Origin: Candidatus Omnitrophota bacterium
Lineage (GTDB): Bacteria > Omnitrophota > Gorgyraeia > Gygaellales > Profunditerraquicolaceae
NCBI GenBank assembly: GCA_026387455.1
Contig: JAPLLR010000046.1
Coordinates: 4,921-68,920, forward strand
DNA length: 64,000 nucleotides
Direction of reading: 5' to 3'
In this document: in pieces, positions 35,101-47,100 of the stretch
Layout of the letters: each line of letters opens with the position of its first letter
Numbering within the stretch: the stretch's first letter is position 1
The notes under the pieces: model-generated
Told to the model about the DNA's origin: nothing
The model's database searches: none
The model's input: only the letters and a program-made list of their open reading frames with translations
Position numbers and translations under genes: made by a program

Positions 35101-38100
35101 AGATGGAGCGTATTAATCGGCCGCGATGCCTCCGTGGGTATCGGTCAGGTGCGCATGAGCACTGCCCGTTCACTCTTAAAGGCTGCCAAGTATCCTGAGT
35201 TTAAAGGCAGGAAAACCAATGTCTCCAACTGGAATCTTTATAAGATGCTCACTAATGAAGATCCGGAGTTTAATATTATGATAGCGGCTATGGCCTTAGC
35301 AGATGTAAGGGACGGTATTGCCAGGGATATTAAGAGCAGCAGGTTGCCGCAGCTTAATGCCGAGCACTTAAGACTGGAAATGGCTTATCGTTACACTTCT
35401 TCCTTGAAAGGCCCGGTGGGTGCGCCGGTAAGCTTCGCAGAGTATAATAAACAGATAGAGAATAAAGATAAGAAGGCGTACAACAGGTCACAGGCAAATG
35501 AGTATGCTTATTGGGTAAGAGCGAATAGGGATTTAATCCGCGGTTTATCCATCTTTACAAATGCTCCCATAGCCAGAAGCTCGCTGCCGGCATTCAGCAT
35601 CTCAGGGGGATTGGATCTGATAGTGGCATTAGTTCTGGCGGTAGTAATTATCGATGCTATCTCGGCGACTTGGAGATATGTTGATCATAAGTTAGGCGAC
35701 CGCCGCGCAAATGAGAGAAAAGACGGATTGTACGCATCTGATAAATATAGAGAGTTTAAGAATAAGGATAGGCAAGAGAAGTTGAACGAGATCAAGGGGC
35801 AGTTTAGGCGCGTAAGAGAAGTAGCGGTATTATGGATAGGGTTGGCAGTCGTGGTGGCTGGGCTGAAGTGGGGCCTGAATAATTGCCGCAAAGACAATGC
35901 TCCGAGCCTGCGTGAAATTGCAGCTGAAGTTTGCGCTGATGCCCAGACCATTAAGGATGAAGGTAATAAATTTATCCAGTGGGGTAAGGAAAGATTCAAT
36001 GATCCGCGCTCTTTCGGGCAGCAGGCTAATTATGCTGCCAGAGAGTTTGGCCGGGATCTTGGCAGTGGTTTGAAACAGAATGAATTGCTTATGCAGGGCG
36101 TAAGCGGAAAAATGGACGGCGAGTTTGCCCTGAAGAAGATAGAGGAAATCAGGGAGGAAAACAGAAAGCAAACCACCAACTCCCTGCCGGCAATCAGCAT
36201 CATCGCGCCAGCAGCGATAATTTCCCTGGTTGCCTTAGCAGTGCTGGTTTATGCGATCTATAGGATTTGCCTGGTTAATAGATATTCCCGCGATAGAGTT
36301 ATAGATATGGTTGCTACAAAGCTGGAAGATAAAATAATTGTTGATACCGAGGAATTAGCCGAGACCAGGATCAGTGGATTAAATGACGCAGAAGAGCGCT
36401 TTGTCCGTGCGATAGTATTGGCAGAAGAGGCGCTTAAGGTCAGGGACCATGAGTTAATGGCTGAGGCAGTAGCTGGACTTTTCGTGGAAACAGAAACCGG
36501 CATAGATATTAAGCTGTTGAAGGATTACTTGGGATTAAGAGAAAAATATGAGAATCCGAAGATGTCTCGTGAAGAAAAAAGAAAGACCCAGCTATCTATA
36601 GCCAGGCATGAGGTGAAGCACGTTATTTCCGGCGTTATGGAAACTCCTAGAAATTCACAGCAGAAGCTGCCTTACTTCGCATATTTTTCTCCCTCCAGCT
36701 TTGGCGGCAGCGTCCAGGTTTCTGTTACTTGCGAGAATACCCGGAAAGCGATCCGTAGGCTCCAAGATATAGAAGCAATCGCCGGCCGAGTCTCAAATCG
36801 TCTCAATAAAGAGGGAGTTATAGATTACCAGGGCCTGGATGCTGAGGCTAATTTTGGCCTGAAGGCAAAAGAGGTGCGTTTTGTCATGGCGATAGTTCAG
36901 GCAGAAAGGGCCATGCGTAAGGCCAAGTCTGATTTAATGGCAGATGCCATCGTAACGCTTTTCACCGCTAAGGAAGTTTCCGCGGATGTATACTTCCTTG
37001 AGAGATACCTGTCCTTAAGAAAAGATTACGAACGCAGAAGGCAGGCTGATGAAGAGGAAGGGCGAGGCAAGGCGCATCATGAAGCCAGGCTGCATATTGT
37101 CAGGTCCGAGCTAAAAGATGTCCTTTCTGCCGTAATCAATATTCGCAAAGAGCAAGGTATTCAGCTGCCCGGATTTGCATACTTCTCACCGGCAGCCTTT
37201 GGCGGCGGAGTTGCAGTTTCCGTCAGCAGCGCAAAAGTAGAACCCATTATCCGTAGAGAGGTTGGCAGCAGGTTTAAAATCGGTGGTACTGAATATAATG
37301 AGGCGGATTCCAGTCGCGGGCATCGCATCGCCGGAGGAAAGGCTTGGAATATTCTGGCGGATTGGGATGTAAACACTGAAGGCGTTTATTTCGAAATGTT
37401 GAAAAGGTTAAGCAGCAAGGGTGTTGATTTAGCGTCCGTCTCAGCTGATGGCCGGGCTGATGTCTTAAGGGAAGTCTTTGATACTATCTTGAATCTTGTC
37501 CCCTTCAATGCAAATTTTGAAGGCCTCAGCAAAATCGGTAAAGTATTCGAGCAAGGCGGAGTCTGCAAGCATCATGGCGTATTAATTGCCATGTTTGTGG
37601 AGCGCATACTTAACAATTATAGCTCTAAATGGAAAGGCGCAATTTACTTTGTTTACGGCCCCAGCCATAATCCCACCCATGCCTGGGCCCTTTATGTGAC
37701 CAGGGCTGGAGATTATTGCGTTTTTGACGTAACACAGAGAAAGATCGTTGGTCTGGATGGGCAATTTAGTTGTAACGATCAAGGCACAAAGGTTCCTTAT
37801 TCTGATGGTGTAGGTATGAATGATATCATCGCACGCACCAACGCAAGATTACGGGAGAGCAAAGAAGAATCAGATAACTATAGCGTTACCGGCTTGCCTA
37901 CATTTGGAGAAGCGATTCGCAGGGATCCCCAGAATCGCAGACCGCCCTCTACTGATGATAGAGAGTTGCCGGCACTTGTCTTCGTAGATACGCAGACATT
38001 AGTTGTAGTAGCTGCGGTGGCGGCAGTGATTATCGGCGCAGCTTACCTTGTTTACCGGGTCTATAACGGTTATATGAATCACAAAGTAGCAGTGGCAAGC

Positions 38101-41100
38101 ATAAATGAGATGGCCAGGCAAGCTAGCCGCGCGCCGAATAATATGTTTAACCGCGCCAATATTGTACGCATATCCGTATTACTTGCCGCAGTTATTCTGT
38201 TAATCTCCGTAGGATTATTCCATTTCGTAATTCTGGCAGCAACCACAGTAGAAGCAGATATCGAAGAAACAAAGTCTAGGATCAAGGCTGAAATATTAAG
38301 GCTTAGCGGTTCTGTATATGACAATGAGAGGTCTAAAGTAATAGCCGAATTCTTTAAAGGTTTGCCGGAGCAAGACCTTGCTCTGGCAGTGGATGTACTT
38401 TTGGAATTATCCGATGATCCTAGTATTGGACAATGCTGCATAAATCACTCTATGACCCTTTCTCTTGCAGAGAGCTGCCGCGTCAGGCCGGAGCTTATGG
38501 AGATAGTGGCTTCGAGAATTGCGAATTTAATAAGTCAGGGCATAGGCAGGAAGGCTATGCTGGTAGAGATCATCAATTTATTTAGTCTGGTATCTTATGA
38601 GAACCGCGTCTTAGGAAAATCAGATTTCTCAGCGATGCTCTTGTGGAAGATGCAGGAATTAGGCATACCTATGCCGAGAATTATGGAATTGTTGGGTGGG
38701 TGTTTCAAGACCTGGCGTGAAGATTTGGAATATGATTATACATGGCCTGAACAATCTCTCGGAGAGAGCATTGGTTTAAATTGCAATGGCGGAGCGGTAA
38801 TATTGAAGTCCATTGATAAGAGCTGGTATTATATTTTTAACACAGACAATGTTTGTATAGGCAGCGCGCTGATTAGCTGCGCTATGCAAAGGAATGCAGC
38901 TTACCTTTATATTAATATATGGACTGGAGCAGGCAAGGGCATAGGGACTGAGATTATGCGCTTTGTCGCCGAAAAGATAAGCAGAGTTGATGGGCCCAGC
39001 GTTATAGGGGTATTTGTCCCGGCGGACAAGGATTATGTAAGATTCTTGCTGCGCTGCGCAAAGCTGGGAGTTATCAATAGAGTTGAGCTTAAAGTCGAAG
39101 ATAGCGCTAAGTATATCAATAGCGTAGGCATGGGCAATTGGAATATGCCGGAACAGTCTTCGGGTTGGCAGGTAATTACGAATGAAGCAGAGATGGATAA
39201 TTTTGGCAAAGGCAGAATATTTGCCAGATGCATTGTAGATGCAAACCAGCCGCAGACTCCTTCCGTGGCAGGAAAGAATGCGGCTACTGACAATAAGGGC
39301 ACGGAGGAACAGAGAAAGGTAAGCTCTTCCGTAGCCCTTGTTACAGACAAGCTTGGGGTGCTGGTAGCGATAGTTGGAGCATCAATTCTATTAGCGTTGT
39401 CAGCGAAATTCTTAGGGCTGGCTTTATTAATCGGCGTTGCAGCGGTAAACAATGATGATGCGAAATACGTGTTGAATATCGAACTCCTCAAGGCAGAGCT
39501 TGTCAATAAGGGGATTCTTCGCGATAAAGATCAACCGCTTAATATTAATCCTGCAGTATTAATTGCTGTTAGCGATTTCTGCTATACCGATGGAGAGTAT
39601 TTGGTAGGAAGAGAATTCCGTAGGCTTGCCAAGGCATTAGGGCTTGTGATGAGGGAGCTGGAGAGAAGAACCGGTAAACCGGCTGCAGAGATCAGTCTTA
39701 GCCAGAGCAGCCTTACCAAAGAAGAAATCGCAAACATCTTAAATGCGGCTAAGGAAGAAGATTATGCGCAAAGAGAGGTAAGCGCGTTCTCCAGAAAGAT
39801 AGAGCTTGGCCAGAGGTTGCTTAAGGGCGGCACTTCTGCCGAGACCATCCTGCAATTCTTAACTGGTAGATTCTTTGGGGCAACCTCAGGGTCCACTAGG
39901 TCTATCAGCGCTACTGAACATAAAGTGAAAGATTTACTCTTTGATATAGATCATACCCAGGAAGGCAAGTCTTTGCGTAAGAAAGAAGAGACAGCCAGAT
40001 TACTGAAAGAGCTTCTCGGCCAGGTGGTGATCGACAATGTCAATATTCCCAAGTTTTTCGCCTTTGATATCGATGACACCTTAACCAAAGCAGACATTAA
40101 ATCCTTTAACGCTATGGTTGAAGTCTTAAAAGAAGACCCATCTGCATTTGTAGGAATAATTACCGGAACAGGCGCTTTTGACCTGAATTATGATTCAGAA
40201 GAAGAGCGCATTGCTGAGAAAGACGCAATATATGACACCAAGATTAAGCCGGCTCTGGTTAAACTTGGCCTGAACCCGGATCGCCTAGATTTTGTTATCT
40301 CTGTTGTTTCTACTCCAAAGCCGAGAAAGCAATGGACTGAGTCGCCTATGGTTAATCCTTGGGTTAGCATTAATGCATACTGGTGTGTAAAGATTAATGA
40401 CGGAAACGGTGGTTTTATCAAACAGTATCCGACAGAAAGCAACTTTAGAGGTATAAATAAGCTCACCGGAGCCAGCAAATTATTCGAATATTTTGCCCAT
40501 AAATTCTCTAACAACGCAACAGTTTCTTGGGAAAGGGCAGCTCAGTTGGCTACTCAGTTCCTGCATAGGTCAGTATTGGTTATGGCGGATGATGATCTTG
40601 AGCATGCGCGTATTCCTGTGATTTGCAAGCCTACCAATAGCAAGGAAAAAGGTATGTTGCAGCAGCTTGGCGCTCATTCGCGCGAAAACGAGATACAGGA
40701 GCCTTTCGGAGTAGGCAGGATTTATATTAATACTAACGTTATCAAGTGCCCCTGGTTAACCATCGAAAAAGCTCCTGAAGAGTTTGTTTTTGATTTTGAA
40801 ATTGATGTCATCCTGGGTCTGACTACATTGCTTGAGCATATGAATGACCCTAAGCGTAACGCGCGTATCTTTAACGTGGAAATCGAAGCCCATCGCGTTA
40901 AACCGGTTAACGGTACTGCTAACGGTAATTCCACAGATCCTCAGGTCGCGACTTACCGCGCTCCCGGCTCAAGGGATAGGGGCGCGCGCAAGGGCTTGCC
41001 CAAGGAGATCAGAAACGCCGAAGAAAAAGATTCCGCGAACATCAGGCAATACTTGCTTGACGATGACGGCGAGGTAGCTAAGCTCATCGCAGGGCGCAAT

Positions 41101-44100
41101 AGCAGCGAATTAACATATTACGGATTCTATAAGAAGCTGGCAGAAGAGATCCTGCCTCAGGGCAAGGTTATCTTTAAGGTTATACCTTCCCAGAATATGG
41201 GCTTCAGGAGAGACGACGGCGATAAGACCTATATCTATGCCGTCGGCACAAAAGGCGATATTACCTATATCTATGTCACTTCTGCTTTATATGAAAAGAT
41301 CAGGGCAAGCACATATTTCAAAGCTGCCCTTTGCGTCCATGAGGTAGGCGAGACTAGAGACGTGTTCAATCACCTGACTGCCATGAAAGAAGAGATCCGC
41401 TTTTCCAGCGATCCGAAAAGCAACTTAAGCGACATGCAGCGTCTTGTATTTGATTCCGAGAATGATAAAGGAAACATGGCTTACCTATTAAGCATTATCC
41501 CGGATCGCCTTGTCCAGAAGGCATATTCTGATATCACCAGCGAGATGATCAGCTATGTAAGCCTGCTTATCGCCAAGCAGGTGCACGAAAGGCCGGTAGA
41601 CGCAGCTGTCATAGAGGAGGATGCTAATATCGCTGATTCTTTGCGTCATAGGCTATTCGATTCCATAAATAAGGCTACCCAGAATATTAGCATCCTTGGG
41701 CAGGGAGGCATATTATCAGAAGAGGTAAGGGGCGCCCTGAAAACTACCGAAGAATCAATCAACATCATTCTTACTTCCATAGAGGATGGAAAATTGAACC
41801 CCATAGCCAAAGACGCAGCGATCAAATTGCTTAAGAAACAGGCCAGGATCCTTAGGGAATTAACAGAAAATATGGCTTATTTGGAAAGATTCGAATCTTT
41901 TAATTCTCTTAAGAAGGATATCGATGAGTTCTACAAGAGGGTAGTTGAGGGGACACCTACGGTGGTAAAGGACCAGGAGCTGATTGACCTGGCTGATTTT
42001 ATGCAAGCCATCCACACTGAGCATTATGGGTATGGCTTTAGGCCGGTTGTTTCTGACCCTGGAATGCCTTTACCTATATTAATTAATGCGCATGACCTGA
42101 TGAGGATCTTTGAAGATCTATTACAGGCAATAGCTAGGAGAGCACATAAATCTAACACGGCAGTAGTATTTGTCACTGAACCCGGATTAATTAAAGTGAT
42201 TTTTAAGAACACCGATGCAGACGTAGTTGCTGTTCAGGCACTGCTGGAGAAGTGGCATGGCAGGGCATATCGTACACAGATAATCGGCACTTTAGGTGAT
42301 ATCGTCTTAGAGTTCCCTAAGGCTTTCAAGCTCTATCAGACTATTTCAAATGAAGTATTGGCTCAACTTGCAAATACAGATTGGGTTGTTTCTGTCTGTC
42401 AGCATAAAGAAAACCATGAGAATTTTATTGTTGATGAAAAGGTAAGTAGGATGACCGTTTACGGCCAGTATCTTTCACATGGCATGTGTCCGCAGTGCGA
42501 AAAGAAGAATCGTCCTGTTGAGTCAGAAGCTCAGGCAGCCGCAGCGAAGGTTCCGTCTGCGCCAACCAAGATCAGAGTTTTGTTTGTGGATGACGAAAAA
42601 GCAATTAGGGATATGATGGCGGGAAGAAATAATATGCCAGGATACCTGGCGATGATAGCTAAAGATAAGACAGTGAATCTTTCTTTTGAAGTGGTGATCG
42701 CGGAAAACGCCCAGAAGGCGCTTAACGCGTTTGTAGATGCCCAAAAGAAAGGACAACCTTTTGACTTAGTGGTCACCGATATGTCCATGCCGAAAAATCC
42801 TGATGAAGAGATCGAAGGCGGACGTGAATTAGCCCAGGCGATTAAGAAGATTGCACCCCAGACTTATATTATTATGGTCAGCGGTCATCACAGCCAGATG
42901 ACAGAGGTGGCCCAAGCTATCAAGGAAAATGTAATCAATAGTTTCTACACCAAGCCATTTATCGGAGAGGCAGTTAAGGAAGCGCTGCTAGGGTTTAAGA
43001 CCGCGCCCAACCTACAGGAAAAAGCACCTGTTAAGCAGGATGTTAGTATACTTGGTTCTGCGGCTGCCAGTGCCACAGCAGCGGCTACAGCAGCGCTGGC
43101 TTTCTACGCAGCAAAGGCAGTGATTATTTCCAGCTTTCATCCTTTCGCCATAGCGTTATTCGGAGTTTTAGCAGCAGTGTGTTTTGTCTCTGCGGCATGG
43201 GCTTATCTTTTTGGTTCGCAGGCTATCAGGCTATGGTTAACCAGGGCCAAGCCTGTACGCGCGCCTCCTGAGGCAAGAGCCAGGTTAGAAGCACAGCTGC
43301 AGGATTTCTTCGGGCCTGATGTCAAGGTGGTTCTGGAATCCGACTGTAAGACTATTGCCTCAAGCGATAAAGATAATAAGACAGTATTTGTTGATATCGA
43401 TTGGCTTTATAGGGTAGCTCCCCGCGCAACTGAACTTACCTCGTTCCAGAAATCTCTCCTCACCCATGAAAAAGCCCACTTAAACGGTGCCACAGAATCA
43501 GAAGCTTATATTGCCCAGGTTCTCGCTTCCCTTGTCCAGGATATTAATAATGCTAAGGGCGTTAAATTATGGGCGCTGTTCCTGGGTGTAGTTACATTAT
43601 GCCTAAGTTATAATAAACTTATTGCCGCATTTCCGATTTTAGCCACAGGCTGGATCGGAGTCCTTCTTATTGGCACAGCACTGGTGTTGTTGGGTGTTAA
43701 CTTTGTGCTTGCAAAATTCACCAAGAGAGGGGCTTCAGCTTTCTTTACCACAGTTGCATTGACTTTCTTCTTTGTCGGTCTTCTATTGGCGGTGGATGTG
43801 TTTAACCCGCTTTACGGAAATATCCTGAAGAGCTGGTTTCCGCAGACATGGTTGGCTTACATTGCTGACATGCGCGGAGCGGCAATAGCGATAGTAGCTT
43901 TTATTTCTCTGATCGTTCTGCCGGCTTTGATCAGGGAATATCAGGATAAGTTGGCCAAAGAGGATATCTATAAATACGATATCAAGGCTTTAAAAGATAA
44001 TCTTCTCAGGTTTATTAACGACGACATCAAGGATGAAAAGGTCAGGCAAAACTATATTGATCAGGTGGAAAGAATTGCTGTAAATAATTCTCGGGCAAAT

Positions 44101-47100
44101 AGAAGATACCTGCGCGATGTGCTTATGGTGCTGGAATGGGAGTTGTCAAAACAGAATGCTATCAAGGACCGCGCCTCATTGTTCCCGACTGCCCAGGAGC
44201 GTAAAGACGAAGCTGCAAGCGTTGATACGCAGAAAGCTCAAGACGCCCAGAAGGCCGGAATTGGGGCGATAGCTAAGGTTTCTTGGTTAGGCGTACTTTG
44301 TTCTTTTATCGGTCACAGCATCCAGGAGAGGGAAAAGAGGTTCTGGGACAGGGTTGCGGATTATTCCGGAGCTAGGAAGGTCTTTTACTTTGTCTTCGCT
44401 TTAGTTGCATTCATTCCTAGTTCAGCATTGGGGATAGCATTGCATTTTGGCAAGGCAGCCAGAGATTTCTTTATCCGTCATCAGGATAGGAACAACGAGG
44501 AAGCTTTTAGAATGCATGGCATGATGGCTGGTAAAGAGCTTTTGAAATTAGCCGACGCAGAAGAGCATGTAAGGGCTGCGTTTATGATGGCGGATAGGAT
44601 CAGCTTGAGCGGTAAACCTTCCGCCAATGTTTCGAATAGTATCAGGTTAAGCAAGAGGGGAATCTTCTGCCGGGAATGGTGGCGCTATCACTGGTTTGCC
44701 GCCAGAATGCGTTGGCCTAATGTCACCGGTGCCCTCTCATTTGTTAAGAGCAGGGTGGTCTTATTGATTTGCGGTTCCATCATCAGCTGGCCGATTGTCT
44801 ACGTTCTTTGCATACACTGCCCATGGTTGGCTAATGCTGTTCCGTTAATCAAGCCGCTCTTAGATGGCTGGGCTGTCAAGCAGGGCTTCCCGATTACCTG
44901 GGCCGAAATCTTGAAGATATTCTTCCTAGAGCTCTTCCTTACCTTCTTCCAGAACCCTGGTCTTCTTAGGGATGAATTATTGCGTTTTAATGGAGCGCAG
45001 AGCATTATTCAGGTCGAGCCCGGAAAGGCCAGCGCAAATATTGATAGGGGCATTATAAAAGGATTAAATGAGAATAATATGAGCACCAGGAAATTATATA
45101 ATGCCGGCTATGTTATCTTTACCGGAGCCCCGCATCTGAAGCTATTATTTGAGGAGAAGTGGGGAGCCTCCCGCGATAGCCATCCTTTGATTACCCTGAA
45201 AGCTTTCGCAAGCAATATCCTTAACGTAGCTACTTTAATGGTCCCGCTAGTAGTTATTCCCACGATGCTTTATACCTTATCTAGCTGGCATGTAGCATCA
45301 GCGGTCCTTATCTTATCGCTTTCTTTAGTGGCCTTCTTGGCTCCCAGACAATTCTATGTGTATATAGCGTTTAAACTCTCTCCGCCAAAAGACAAAGAAG
45401 CGCAGGATAGGTTGAAAAGAAGAATAGTGTTCGCCGCGGCATTGGATAAGCAGAAAACTGATTTCTTAAAGGGCGCGTGGGGGCTATCCATCATCGGAAT
45501 TGAAATCGGCGCCATCCGTGAATTAGGTCACCTGATACAGGGCCCGATAGGCACCATCGCTGATATTTTTGAAGGGCCGGAAGGCGCCCTGTCTCTCGGC
45601 GGACGCTTCTTCTCTTACTACGAAAGCCAGATCTGCGAGCATGTCTTTGGAATGCAGATTGACCAGCAGGATGAGCAGGATAAGAAAGAAATAGTTAGCC
45701 AGTTCCTTTATAATTACTTCGGCGGTAAGGGCCCGATGGAAGCAGCGTTTGCCTATGCCAGCTATCGCAATCGCGAATATTCCAAGGCCGCGCAGCTTAT
45801 GTCTGGCATCGTGAGTAGGTATGATTTAGATCAAGAAGGCCGTAACTTGACTGACAATGTCATGAAGGCTAGCGGTGAAGGCCTATCAGATAACCTTGGA
45901 AAGGCGATGAGGGAAAACGCCGAGGCCAGGGAAAGGCTTGCCAAGAATCGCGATAGATGGATAGCAGATATGGCGGACAGTCCTTATTTAAGCCAGGAAG
46001 CGTTTCTGGGTATGTTTGGCGTTGACGGATTCGAGCACTATTATAACGCTGTTGGTGACAATAAGAATAAGCTGGATCAGACTTTGCCTAATTCAGTCAA
46101 AGAAGTAAGAAATAATCTGATTCAGACAGCTCAAGTTGCTTTTGAGAAATGGCTCGTCAAAGGCGGGTTAGCAGAAGATTCCTTGCCTGTCGAGTTGATA
46201 GTAGCCAGGCAGTCTGATGTGGCTGAACCGGTTTCTGGCCAGCAGCAGGTGGCGGTATTAAGAATAAACCCTTTAACCAAGGAAGCCAGGATTTACTACT
46301 GGACCTCAGATGGGGAAACGGCTAAAACAGAAGTTTCTTGGGCCAATATTAGCGGAATAGTGATACCTGAAGGATTAAAGCAGTCTGTCATTGTTCTGAC
46401 CTCTCAGGAGCTCTTGACTGGCGAAGGTAAGGATGCCGGGTTCATCGTGCAGGCAAAAGGCCTGATCGAGGCGGTGTTAATTGATATCAAAAAGACCAAG
46501 ATTACCCTTGCAGAAAAGGACATTGATACCAGGGTGCTGGAGGAGCGTAAGGCAGAAGCGCTCAGGATAAAGGGCGTAAGCCGCCAGACTGAAGCCATCC
46601 ATATCAACGGAAACGGTAACGGCGAAGACACCCAGAGCATTATGGATAAGTTGATCAAGTTGGGCCCCAAGACCTGGCGCCAGCTTTTGAGAGGAGAGAA
46701 TCAGCAGGATTTTGTGAGCGTGATTAAGGCCATGGAAAGGGCTGGCTATCTGGATGACTGGAGCGAGGATGGTTTAACCGCAGCCATGGAGGCCTTCTGC
46801 AGGAGCAAGGGAGATTTAGATTTTAGGAAAGATTTCGCGAAGGTAAAAGATGCCGTCGTCAAAGAGCTGAGGGAGAGGGTCGGAATAGAAAAGGAAATAG
46901 AGAAGATCAAGGTAGAGATCAAGAAGGTTGATCCTTTAGAAGAGGGCAAGAAGAAAGAGCTCAAGATTAAAGAAGTAATGCTTGAGATAGAATTAGCCCA
47001 GATGGCTAGCAAAGTAAAGGATGCAGTCAGGGAGACCAAGGAAGATAAGGCAAGCGTAGCCACCAAGATAGGTAATTGGATTGGTCGCCAGAAGACAGAG

